Shown here piece after piece: positions 37,599 to 50,079 of a DNA stretch of 64,000 bases (position 1 is the stretch's first letter; the number at the start of each line of letters is the position of its first letter). The DNA is from Geosiphon pyriformis uo1 (Eukaryota > Fungi > Glomeromycota): positions 346,212 to 410,211 of the forward strand of contig JAAOMT010000175.1 of NCBI GenBank assembly GCA_016748015.1, given 5' to 3'. The position numbers and the translations under genes are program-made. A model generated the notes under the pieces. It was not told where the DNA came from. It did no database searches and was given only the letters and a program-made list of their open reading frames with translations.

Positions 37599-37733
37599 TG
37601 TTGTTCTGATCAGCCCGAGTGGCTGGTCATGTGTAGAAAGTGCATGATTCATGCCTAGTTTAGATCAATTCCTTGATGTATAGTGCTAGGTTGTGTTTGG
37701 ACCTCACTCGTTAAGCAATAATAATAAAAAAAA

Positions 37734-38290
37734 TAAACAATTACACAAATTAAACAGTAATTATTAAAGAAATTTATATAAAAATATTAAGAAAGATTAT
37801 AAAAGTTGTATTAACTAAATTTATTATAATTAAATTAATTAAAATATAATTAATAAAGCTACAACAAAAAGCCATTATGGATTAAATAATTAGAATCAAG
37901 CTGATTTTTTGGTATCTTAATGATTTATTTTTATTAAAAAAGATATAGTTTGTATAATTAAAATAAATATTAATAAACAATTATAAATACCAAAAATATA
38001 TATAAAGTATTAATCTATAATCTTTTAATGAATATAACTGTTATTATAAGTAAATTTTTAAAATAGTTAGATTATTTTTATAATATAATACTTAAGTTGA
38101 TTATTGTTATTATTTAACAATTTTTATATAATAAACAAAAAGTTATTGTAATTATAAATAATACTTAATATTAGTTTTTTTTAATATAATAACCAGTTTA
38201 TTTTGGTATTTGTACTTTTTAATAAGCAATTTTAGTTTTAATAATTATATCTACACTTTTTTTTGGTGTTTTTTATTAAGTAATTTTTGA
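37734..38290 (+). mobile_element. Ghost LINE ORF1, right part
   Basis: Continues exactly from the TSD: ataattaaattaattaaaatataattaataaagcta corresponds to IIKSIKMQLVGL, and aatcaagctgatttt to QADF, of ORF1. Confidence 0.75.
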
Positions 38291-38928
38291 CATTATAATT
38301 TTAGTATTTTTTTTTAATTAATAAATAAAATAAAATAAACAAACAAAAAAAGTAATAATAAAATAGTAATTAGTATTTTAATATTATTAAATTAATATTA
38401 ATAATACTAATAGCATTAATATAAATAGTTTTAAGTTTTAATAAATTAAGTCTAAATTTATAGATTAATAAGATTTGAATATAATTAATAAATATATTTT
38501 ATTAAAAATAATTATAATTAATTAAAGTTATAATAGAAAAATAAAGTAGTTTTTAATTAAATTTGTCTGGTTTTAAAATAATTTGTCTTTTTGGCTTTTA
38601 ATATTTTTATTATATATATATATTTTTATAATACAAAATTTCTGAAATTTTTTAAGTTATGTTTTAATAATTTTTTATTTTGTTATTGATTATTTATAGT
38701 ATTATTATTTTTTTGTTTTTCTATATAAATAATAATATCTGTTATTTTTGCAAACACATAAAATATTTAATTAATTAATATTGAATGTAAATAATACATA
38801 AAGCATATAAAAATAATTATTATATATTACTTTAAATATTCAAAAATTAGTATATACTGTTATTATATCAATATATAATTATATATTAAAATACAAAAAC
38901 TTATTAACAATAACCAATAATAATCAAT

Positions 38929-40503
38929 TCTGTTCCTAACTGGTTTGGGTGTTTTGTCAGCTTTTTTAATGATGTGGCTTCTTTTTTTGCTTGTTTGGCT
39001 TCTTTGGGTGTTTCTAAATCTTCAAATGTTTTAAAAACTAGTGAATTTAGACTTGCACATAATTGCTTATTGGATATTATGGCTGACAGTCTTTTTGTTT
39101 ATACTGATGGATTTCTGAAGAAATTAGAAAGTGTGGATGTTAGAGCTGGTATAACAGTTTATTTTGAAAATATTAATCTGGGTTTAAAGGTCAGAGTTTC
39201 AGGTCTGATGTTTTTTACTCTGGCAGAATTGCAGGCTGTTGCATTGGCTCTCAAGTGTGTTCTCTCTCTTAGCTCGATTAGTCTTTTTACAAACAGTCAG
39301 ACTGTTTTGGATGTATGCAAATTGGAATTAAGTTTAGTGTATCTAAATTTTCAGAATTGGTGTTGGATTGAATATTGGCACATGATAAAGATTGTTCAGA
39401 AAAAGAACTTAAACATTAGTTGGCACAAAGTAAAAGAGCATTTGGATGTCTCAGATAATATGTGTGCTGATGTGTTTGCTGATGTGGCTTCTTTTTCTTT
39501 ATGGTGTTTTTCTTCCTGGTTGAATAAACATTATATTTTGGCTAAAGATAATATTGTTTCTGGCAATTTTAGGCATTTTGTTCATAAAATCTTTTGGTCT
39601 ATTTATTGTGCATATTGGAAAGTTAGTTTTGGTTCTAGAGTAGTTTGTTGTTGGATGTTAATTGATCTAGCTTATTTTTGGTATGGCATTTTGATTTGCA
39701 CATGGCTGCTGGTTTCACTAGTAGACCAACTGTTGGCATTTATACATATTTTATAAAGGCTTTATACTATCAGCTGCTAGTTGCTGTTCAGAAATGCCTG
39801 TATAACAAATATTATCCAAGTGTGTTATGTCTGTATTATGGTAATATTGAGATCTTAGATTATGCTTTTTTTTGTGTGGTTAATAATTCTGTTTGCCATT
39901 GATTGTTGAATGCCTATGTGATTGCTTGGGGTGTGTTTTCTGGTCTTTTCTGCTTTTTTTCATGTATGTCTCAATTGCTATCCTTCTGTGTTTTAAATAT
40001 GGCAGTATGTATGACTCTTTACAAAGGTTTTGTCTTTAATAATTGGCTTTAAGAGACTTTGTTTATCTTTAAAGATTTAAAGGTTGCAGATCAGAAGATT
40101 GTGGACTTTGTGTGTGACTTCTGCTTTGCTTTTAGAGATGAGGTTTGAGTTGTCTGTGCTGAGCATCATGCATTTATAGAAAAAAATGGACTAATATCAC
40201 ATAATAATTTGGCTCTGGTTTTGGTTTCTGTGCTGCTCTCAATGCTTTTTGCTGATGTGGTTAAGTTGCTTAGTATTGTTAAGACATTTGGTACTAGCTT
40301 TGGATTTCATAAGTCTCACTTGTTTTTTTTGAGTATTGAGAATTCTGTTTCTGTTTATATAAATACTTAATGTTGTCTTAATTGGCTTAAATAGCTGGTC
40401 ATATATAAAAAATGCATGATTCATGCCTAATTTAGATCAATTATTTGATGTATTGTATTAGGTAGTATTTGGATCTCATTTGTTAAATAGTAAAAATAAT
40501 AAT
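38929..40503 (+). mobile_element. 5'-truncated LINE (RNase H, zinc knuckle, 3'UTR, (AAT)n tail)
   Basis: VYTDGF, TLAELQAVALAL, YYPSVLCLYYG; 3'UTR homologous to 37599-37716; 13-bp TSD aataataatcaat at 38916-38928 and 40504-40516. Confidence 0.92.
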
Positions 40504-41720
40504 AATAATAATCAATCTAAATTAATATTTTAAATCTCAAAATTAGTATATATAAAATCAAAACATGATGGTTCAAAAAAACTTAAATCATATAAAACTC
40601 AATTAACAAACTAATTCAAACTACTAAAATTATCAACAAACTTATTTTAATATACCAAAAAACTTGAATCTTAGAAATAATAATAATAAAAACATAATTA
40701 AAGTTTAAAATTAAAAATTAAATTAAATAATACTATTAGCAATTCTTACAAAAAACAATAATTTTACAATTATTATTTTTTTGAATTAAAAAAAAATAAA
40801 GCCATGTTTAATAAAGCATATTAAATAAAAAATACTTAATTATTACTATATATATAAAAGTAATAGTAAATAATATTTTAATTAAATTTATTTTAAATAA
40901 TAGATTTGTTAAAATATTATAATAATTCAACTAGTAAATTAATTAAATTTTAATATTAATTATGCTATAATATTATAAATTATAACAATTAATAAAAGTA
41001 TTAAGTTACTATATAGTAAAATTAATTTATTCTCTTTTAAGATTAATAAAATTTTTATATTTACAAAAGTATTAATAATAAATACTACATAATATTAAGT
41101 TTTAATAAAAAATAATTAGTTAACAAAAACAAATACCATTTTGAACTAAACTACACAAAAACAATTTATTAGTTCTAATAATTATCATATAAAAATTTTA
41201 GTTATTTATAACTACTTTTAAAAATTCAGTATTAATTAAAAACTTATTTTTAAATACAAAAAAAACCCAGTCTTATTAGTTTTTAAAACTTATTAGCTCT
41301 TATAAATTAATAATTAAAAAACAGAACTATTAGCCATATTAACTTAAATAAATAAAATAAGATTTAAATAAAGTTAAATAACATTATAAAAAAATCACTA
41401 ATAATACAAACTAAAGCTAAAATATTTGGTTTATAAGAAAAAGTTTTTGTTTTTGTAAAATAAAATTAATAATTAATTATTTATCAAAAATCAAAAATAC
41501 AAAATTATTAATAAAATTTTGAAAATATTATTTTTTATAATATTTAAAAAATTAATTATTATAATAACTTATATTTTTAATAATTTTATTTAATATATTA
41601 ATATTTAATAAAATTAATAATAAATTTAAACATTATTATACAATTTAAAATAAAATTAATTAATTAATATATATTTTTTTTCAATTAATATTATATATAA
41701 ATTGCTAAAATTTTATAGTA
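40504..41720 (+). mobile_element. Ghost Ty3/Gypsy-like gag-protease region
   Basis: 40881-40910 att aaa ttt att tta aat aat aga ttt gtt reverts by transitions alone to IKLILDSGSA (retropepsin D-S-G). 41081-41125 reverts to DATQYQALVGNDWL (retropepsin hhGxDW motif). Confidence 0.7.
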
Positions 41721-44700
41721 AAGAATATTAAAACAATTAAAAGAAATAAAAAACTTCTTTCTCTCGTTCATCCCAAATTCACAAAAAAGAGCTAAAGTAT
41801 TTTTTGAAAGAAGTTTTTTTCCATCATTCAGTCTGTTAAATCCAAACTGTTTTTGCTTGATTACAAAGCCACTATTGGCCCTAGTATTGCCGTTTTAAAC
41901 AAGTTTATCATGGAATCTAGTTTCAATATTAGTGTAAAGTCTGCTGAGTCTAAAAAGAAGAGAAGGAGTGATGCTTTGAAGGATAATATAGGTAATAGAA
42001 AATTTACTGCTACTAAGGTGCCAAGTAGTCATTCATGGGGTTCTAAGACAGATGACATCATTGAATCAGATAGTGTGAACATGGAAAAAAAATTTTTGGT
42101 TGAGGAAACTAGCTTTGATTATGGAGAAGGTGACATTTTTGCTGGTGAAGACTTGGAACAAACTCCTAAAAGTTTGAAAATTCTGACCAAGAGAGCACTG
42201 GGTAAGCCACTAGGGAAGATTGACTTTTTGGGCAATGATAGTGATAACATTCTCTTGGACAAATCTGTAGTTCTCCCTCCTCCTTTAAGAAACTTGGTCA
42301 ATATTTCTGTTAAAAAATCTTTTGCTATAGACATTGGTTTGGACAATGTTGTTGGAAAATCTGCTTAGGAAAAGCTTATGGTAATCAGAAAGTTATTTTC
42401 TAAAATCAATGGTTTTGGAAGGGTCTCTACCCCCTTAAAATTTGCTGGAATTATCAAAGTAACATTCACTTCTGAAATGAGTTTGGCACAGGCTTCAAAA
42501 AAGGCTGAAGAAACAAAGATCTTGGTAAATACCAATCTCAAAAAATTCTCTGAATGTTCAAATTGGGCTGTGGTGTTAAAGGAAATTCCAATTGAAACAT
42601 CAACAGAGACTGTGCATGCTGCGCTATCTGAATTTGGATTAATTAAGTCGATTAAGATGCAGTTGGTAAGGCTGTGGCAAAAAGTGGTGGTTGAATTTGA
42701 ACAGATTAATCATGCTGATTTGGTTGTGGCGAAATAGTTTATTCTGATTGGGAAAGATGCAGTGCGTGTTGCTAGATCTGACATGGACAAAAAATCTTGG
42801 AATGCATAAGATGTTTACAAAGCCCTTTTGTACACTCTGCCAATGGGAACTAATGTACATGATATTTGTAATTATGTTGCTTTAGTAGATGAAAAAACTT
42901 GTGTAATTGACTATTATCCAGTTTTTTATGCCTGGGCCAGATGCACTACTGTTTGTTTTGATTTTGTTGAATCATTGAATGCTGTCATAAAGACCACACC
43001 TGTTCTAAAAAAGGCCAATCTGCACTGGTCTTGTCTTGTTTTAGCCAAGTGTGCTGGGTGTGGGAAATTGGGCCATACATTATTGGCCTGTCTTGTTGGT
43101 GAGAAAAAGAATATTTCTTCTGGTGCTTTATTATGGAAAACTTTCTCGAACTCGGATAAAAATAAACTGGCTGCCATATATGCCAAATGCTCAGCTCCAG
43201 TTGCTTGTCCTGTTTCTTTTAATGGTGTCTCATGGGCACAAATTGCTGGTGAGTCTTCTTTCCCTTCTTCTCCTGGTCAGAATATTTTGTTAAAAGCTGG
43301 CTTCTCTTTGAAAATGAAGTCTATCCCACTGGTGTCTTTGGAATTGAATGATAGGTTTGCCATTCTTAAATGCAGTCTTACCAGTCTCGCAGAGTGTGTT
43401 AACATACTGGCTAAAAAGTTAGACACACCTAAGCCAACAGTTTCCCAGCTTAACCCTAGATATCAGCCATTGGTGATCCCTTTATCACAGAATCAAGGGA
43501 TGAATATAGTGATGAATGAGGGTTCAGGTGTGGCCACTGATGGTAAAACTGTTTCAGAAATGATGGTTTTTAATCCTACAGTTATCTCGAAAATAGAGAA
43601 AACATTGAACAATTTTTTGATCACAGTTATGAGCTTTTTGGTTAAAATAGACAATGCTGGTTTGGTTTTTACTTCTCTTCCTTTTTAATGAGTGATATGA
43701 TCTGAAAAGTTGCGACTTGTAATGTTAGAGGAATGAACAATCTTGCAAAACAGGATAATATCATTTGTTGACATAAGGAAAAGGACAATTTAGTTTTTAT
43801 TTTCATGGAATCAAAGTTAAAAAGAAAGGTTCACCCCTGGATTGTCAACAAATTTGATGGTCTGCAGGTGTTTACCACTGGTTTAGAAGCTGGTTATCTG
43901 GGTGCTGGTGTTGTGGTTGTCATGAACTCTTTTTTGGCAAGACATGTATACAAAATTTCAGAAATGCCTGGTCAGCTCCTGTTTATCAAGTTGTTTTTCA
44001 AAAATAAACTTTCAGTGTTAATTTTGGGGCTGTACACTGGTGTCTCTTTGGTGGCTCGGTTTTCTCAGGCTGGCAATATCAACTCTCTTATAGTAAAGGC
44101 TGTCAATGAATCTTTTTTTGTCATTTTCGAAGGTGATTTTAATAAAGACAGTTCTCATAAGTATGCAAGTTTCAAGAAATGCCTGGATTTTGGTTTAGTT
44201 AACATCTTAGATAGGAGCTCTTATGGAAAGTCACCAATGTGGTCCAATTTTCAAGATGTAGTTAAGATAATTGATTATGTGCTCATTTCTTCAAACTTGG
44301 TCAATGCAGTGGTAAGTTGTGGTGTGTTTGGTGTTGGGGAATACTTTGATACTGATCATCAGGCTGTCTTAGTGTTGGTGGATTTAGGTGGTTTACTCGA
44401 TGTCCGATTAAACTTTGTTTACAGACAGACAAATAAGGATTATTGAAAGTACAATTGCAAAGGTGCAGATAATATTAAATGGGCCAAATTTAAGGATGAT
44501 ACAGTGGCAAATGCTACTATGTTCCATGACAATTTTTTTGTGGCCAGAATGCATTTGGACTTGGATGCAATATAGGTTGCTCTTCATAAAGTGTTATGTC
44601 TGTCAGCTGAGGCAGTTTTTAAGAGAAAGTGGTTCAAGAACTATGATTGTGTTTTTGTTAAGAAGTCATCCAAGTTTCACAAGCTGGAGCTCTTAGTGTT

Positions 44701-46327
44701 GAAGTTAGTTGAGGTGTCTTATTTAGATTCTTTTGAAGAATTTATGTCCTTGCTTGACAAGTAGGAAAGTTTAGATTTAGTTAATGTGGTAAAGTCTTTT
44801 TTTCTGTCAGATTCTTCCTTTGATGCCATTCGGTTGGTTCTGTCCAAGGTTAGAAAGTCATATTACTTTTCCAAAATATCAGAAGTGGAATGTGTTAGGA
44901 AATCTAGTATCAGGTTAGCAATAGATAAGAGGATAGAAAGTTCGAATTGAACAAGAGTCATACTATTAGGAGTGTGCTGGAATGTCCTCTCCACAAAGTG
45001 ACTTTGAATCATCTGGTTATGGATAATGAATTGGTTTTGGAACCTGATTTGGTTAGAACCAAAGTGAATGTGATCATGGAAGAATGGACTAGAAAGCACA
45101 ATGTGGTTTCTGATGTCTTTGGTGTATGGTGTCACTAATATCAGCTTTTGAAGTATGTTTTTGATGCCACTTTTTCTGGTGTGATGTGCTCAATTGACTT
45201 CAATGAGATGTCTGATGTCATCTTAAATCTGTCTGATGAGAAAGCAGCTGGTCTTTCTGGTATCTCAAATAAGTTATGGAAACATTATGACAAATCAGTT
45301 TTGGATATGCTTTTGGTGCTTTTGAACTTTTGCTTGGATTGTGAATCTGTTTCTGGGTCTTGGAAGGAGGCTTGGGTGTTGATGATCTCCAAACCATATG
45401 AATAGGAGGGTGTTCTCATGAACACCCATTCTATTGCTTTGATTAAGACAGCTTGCAAAATTCTTTCCAAGATTCTTTTGGACAAGATTTCTTTTGCATG
45501 CAGTAAGTTTAATGTTCTAAGAGGGGATAATTTTTTTGTTATAAAAGATATGACCACACAGTCTCTTATTTTTGCTATTGAATTAGTTGTTGAAAATGTC
45601 TTGGAAAAAAACCATGAGCTGTGACTGGTCTTGTAGAACATGTAGAAAGCTTATGATTTTGTTGGTTGATAGCATCTAAGGGAGAGTTTAGTCAGGATAA
45701 AGATGTGTGACAAGTTTATTCGGTTTTTTGGTATTCACAATGGTTGAGTCAACAAAGTTATGACAAATTTTGGATTAACCAATGGATATTAAGTGCATGA
45801 TGATTTGGACCAAGGGGAGGTGTTTTTTTCTCTTCTTTGGCACATATTTTATGATCCTCTTTTGTGTGAAGTCAAAAGACAAGAAAGTGTGTGTGGATAC
45901 AGATTGGACTCTTATTTCATAACCAGGACTGGTTGCTCTGAATCTTAGGCTGGTTTGACTTCTTTTTTTACTGCAGGTGCTTTTGTTAATAACATAATTT
46001 GGGTTGATAGCAGCCAGGCTGCTATGCAACATATTCTCAATATTGCTAGCAAATTTTTTTGGATCAATGATATTTTGATCAATAATAACAAGACAGTGGC
46101 CATTCTCATTAATTGCAGAGTTTCTGACTCTTGTTTGCTAATCAGTGGTTTGCCTATTTCAATAACCAAGAAAGGGGAGTCTTATTAGTATCTGGGCATT
46201 TTCTTGTCTACTGAGGGTTTGTCAAAGCCTAGCTTGGCTAAAGCTCATCTGGATGTCCAATTTTTCACCAATTTTGTGCTGAGAAAGACTGTTTCTAACA
46301 AACAATTCTTATATTTGGTGTTGGTGG

Positions 46328-47184
46328 TATTACAGATGATTATTTGGGGTCTCAAGTCAAATAATAAATCTGTAACTTGGTGCTTAGTTGGTATTCAGGT
46401 ATTGATATCTGAAGGTTTTGGTTGTGGAGTTTTTTGTATAATGAACAAAGATTTAATAGTTGTTTTCAGTAGCCTCCTGGAATTGCAATTCTGTCAAATT
46501 TCTTTTTCAGTGTGGTGGCTGGTAATCCTTCTGGTAAGTTATTCTCAAATTTATGAGTGTTCTACCCTTGTTTCACAGGTTTTTTACCAGTTCCTATGAT
46601 GTCTGTATCTTAGTGCTTAATCCTTAATCAATTTAGTAAAACCAAAGAAATAACAAAAAGAAATAAAAACAAACAAAAGAAGATAAAGAAATAAATGGCA
46701 GCAATTGCAAGTTAGTATCCCGTCAATAGCTGTGATCAAAAGCTATTGTTCTAGTGTGGTTAAGTATCAATTACTATCAACATGAAGTGTTAATAGTGGA
46801 GAGTGGGTTGAGATAGTGGATAATTATTTATTAATATTTGTGATGTAGAAGGTTTTGAACTAATGGATTCTGCTCTTTCTACTTTTAATGCTATCACTAT
46901 ATATACATAATTGATGTTCTACAAGATCACTCATATTTCCAAGCAATGTGCTATAATTTTTTAAGTAATGCTCACATTGCTGAGTGATATGCTCTCATTT
47001 TCTAACATTACTCCATATTGCTGAGCAATATGCCATGTTTTCTGACATTGCTTCATATTGCTAAGCAATGTGCTGTGATTTCTATCATTGCTTTACATTG
47101 CTGAGCAATGTGCTTACGTGCTATATACTATTCGCTTATTGGTCTACTATTTTCCCTATATCTGTCTTTTTTTTATGAGTAACA
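46328..47184 (-). mobile_element. Probable solo LTR (857 bp) inserted in LINE copy 2
   Basis: Interrupts YLVSAVL. Termini tattac...gtaaca (TGTTAC/GTAACA with one G>A). 4-bp TSD gtgg/gcag, both derivable from gcgg seen in copy 3. TATA-like and AATAAA-like motifs on the minus strand. Confidence 0.75.
46932..47113. repeat. About 4.5 copies of a 40-41-bp repeat with palindromic core CAYATTGC-TGA-GCAATRTG
   Basis: Units start at 46932, 46973, 47014, 47054 and 47094. Confidence 0.85.
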
Positions 47185-50079
47185 GCAGTTCTTTATCTTA
47201 TTATTGCCTATAGAACTCAGTTTAGTTTTGTTTTTATTAATGTGTATACAAAGTAGGTCACAATAATTCGCAAGGGTTTAAAATTCAAATCTGGCTTGCT
47301 GTTTGACTTTCCCAATGATGCTATTCACCACTCTTCTCTGTATGGTTTGAAGTCTTTTAAACAGGTTCAGGCTGAAAGCAAGTCAACTTTTGTTGTTAGT
47401 TTTGTCAATTCTATTGGTATCTTGAGCCATTTGTTTGCACATAGATCACATAACTTGCAGGTTCTCAGCTGGCGCTCTTATCACCTCTTGCTTTTCTCTT
47501 TTCGTATTAATGTCAATCCTTTAGATAATTTTTTGGCTGGTGTTGTCCAGATTTTTTTGGGGTGTAATTTTTCTCTAGGTGGTCTTGTGACCAATACTTT
47601 TCATTTTCAAAATGGAACTCCTATGTCTGTCATTCTTGGTGAGCCCACTTTTTACAAATGTGTCTCCTTACTTCAGTATTATGGAATTGTCTTTGTTAAG
47701 CAGCTTCACAATTATACTGGTTCTGTTTTCAAATAAATGACTTTTAAGTGGTAAAAGAGATTGGACTCTTGGGGCCCAGTTTCTTATTGGTTTGATGTTT
47801 CTGTTTGCTTTCTGAATGGTTTTAAGCCATCTTTTGTTTGCAATCTTTTGTTGCCAGATATTGGTTTGTCTAATGTTTTTGAGTCTCATGAGTTTGAAGT
47901 TGTGTGCAGTTGTTTGTTGAGGGTTAATTCAGATCATCTTTCTTTGTTTACAGATGGTTCTCTAAGTGGGCTGGATACTTCTGATATAAAAGCTAGTGCT
48001 GCTGTTTTTTTTAAGGACATTAATTTGAGTTTGGGTGTAGAAGTGTCCAGATTGGTTTCTTCTACTATGGTAGAGTTGCAGGCCATTGCTCTGGCTCTTG
48101 AGTGTGTTCCTCTTTCTCATTTAGTCAACTTGTTTTCAGACAGCCAGGCTGCTTTAGATGTATGCAAATTTGAATCCATGCTGATCTGTCCAGATTTTAG
48201 GAATTGGTGTTGGATCAAGTATTGTCATATTACTAATGTCATTTGTCACAAGAATTTGGTAGTTAATTGGATTAAAGTTAAGGGTCACTTTGGTGTCTTG
48301 GGCAATAAGTGTGCTGATGCTTTTGCTGGAGCTGCTGCACTTTTTGATATGTGTCTTCCTTACATGATTGATGAACATTTTCTCAGAGCTGGTGGTACTA
48401 TAGTGTCTGGTAATTCTAAGCATTTTGTTCACAGTGTTTTTTGATCAATTTACCATGTGTGTTAGGAGATTGGTTCTGGTTCTTGGGTCTTGATAGACAG
48501 TCTGTATGCTGATGTTAATTGGTTTAGATCTTCTTTGGTGTAGCATCCAGATTTTCATTTGGCTACTGGTTTTATTAGTACTCAAACTGCTGGCTTTCAG
48601 ACATATTTTATGAAGGCATTGCATCATCATCTTCTGGTTGCTGTACATAAGTGTTTTTATAACAGAAGTTACCCTAGTGTGATATGTCTATTCTGTGATG
48701 ATGTCAAGGTCTCAGACCATGTGTTTTTTTGCCCATTTGATGCTGCTAATCATGCTTGGTTGGTAGAAGTTTATGCATTTGCTTGGGAGACATGTTCAGG
48801 TTTATCTTGCTCTTCTTTATGTGTTTCGCAGTTGCTTTTTACTTGTGTCTCCAATGTTGGTGTTGGTACAGCTCTGTGTAAGGGCTTTGTTTTCAAGGAG
48901 TAATATCGTGAATTTGTTGCTGTTTTTAAAGATTCTAAGATTGCAGCTTGGAATATTATGGCCTTTGTATGTGAATTTTGTCTTACATTTCATAATAATG
49001 TTTGGCTAGTGCATGCTAAGCACTGGGCTGTTATAGAGAAAGGTGACTTGATTTTACATAATGGTTTTGTTTCTGTTTCAATCTCTGGTTTCTCTTTGGT
49101 GCTTTTGGCCAGTATGGTTAGGTTGTTGGGTATTGTGGATGTATTTGGTGTTAGTTTTGGGTTTCATAAATCTTGTTTATTCTTTTCAGATATAAGTGAC
49201 ATGGTTTCAGTACATATAAGTGCCTAGTGTTGTTCTGACTAGCCTGAGTGACTGGTCACGTGTAGAAAATGCATGATTCACACTTAGTTTAGATCAATTG
49301 TATAATGTATTGTACTAAGCAGTATTTGAATCTTACTTGTTAAATTGAAGAAAAAAAAAATTTTATAGTATAAATTAGAATAAACCAATTTTTTTGTTAA
49401 AAATAACAATTAATTGAACAAAATTTGGGTTTTATTAATATTTTAAATATTGTTTTAAAAATTTTTAAAAATTTTAAAACAGCAAAAAATAATTTTTAAT
49501 TAATAACAATAAACCAATAATTAATATTATTTAAATAATACCAAAATTAAAATTTATAAAATCTTAAAACTTAGAATAATTATTGTTAAACTTTTTAAGT
49601 AAGCTAATTTTTGGTTTATAAGTAATAGTTTATTTTTATATTATTTGTAATATTTTAACAATTTTAACAAAATTAATTAATTTTAAAAACATAATAAGTA
49701 CTTAAAAAAATCAAACTATTAAAATTAAGTAAAAAATTAACATAAAACAAATATAATATTAAAAATAAAAATAAAATAAAAAATAAATTTGATTAAATTA
49801 ATAAACTAATTTGTAAATATTTTAAAACAATTTGGAATTTTTTTAAATAATCTGTATTTTATAATATATAAGTTGTTTATAATATTAAAATTAATAAGTT
49901 TTAATGTAAATTTAAATAATTATTATATGTAAATTGTGTTTATTATGTAATATTTTTTCTTATATATTTATAAATTTAATTAATTACAATTAATTAAAAT
50001 ATTATTAAAAACAAAAATATTATATTTTAAAAATACAAAAATCAATAAAATTATATAAATTAATTATCTTAAATTATAT

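Larger units (their letters stand above)
30976..37733 (+). mobile_element. Full-length non-LTR retrotransposon (LINE) copy 1: ORF1 + ORF2 (APE endonuclease-RT-RNase H-CCHC)
   Basis: 12-bp TSD taaacaattaca at 30964-30975 and 37734-37745; (AAT)n/An tail; two long frames interrupted only by nonsense codons. Confidence 0.95.
41721..49356 (+). mobile_element. Full-length LINE copy 2 (more eroded), interrupted by a solo LTR
   Basis: 5' end aaaacttctttc at ~41750 as in copy 1; ORF1 ~41750-43690 and ORF2 43688-49227 with many stops and a few frameshifts; polyA tail; TSD aaaattttatagta at 41707-41720 and 49357-49370. Confidence 0.93.

Noticed and set aside
46932-47113. CRISPR-like palindromic repeat array
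   Set aside because: Intervening sequences are similar to each other rather than unique spacers, there are no cas genes, and it lies inside an LTR in a eukaryote.
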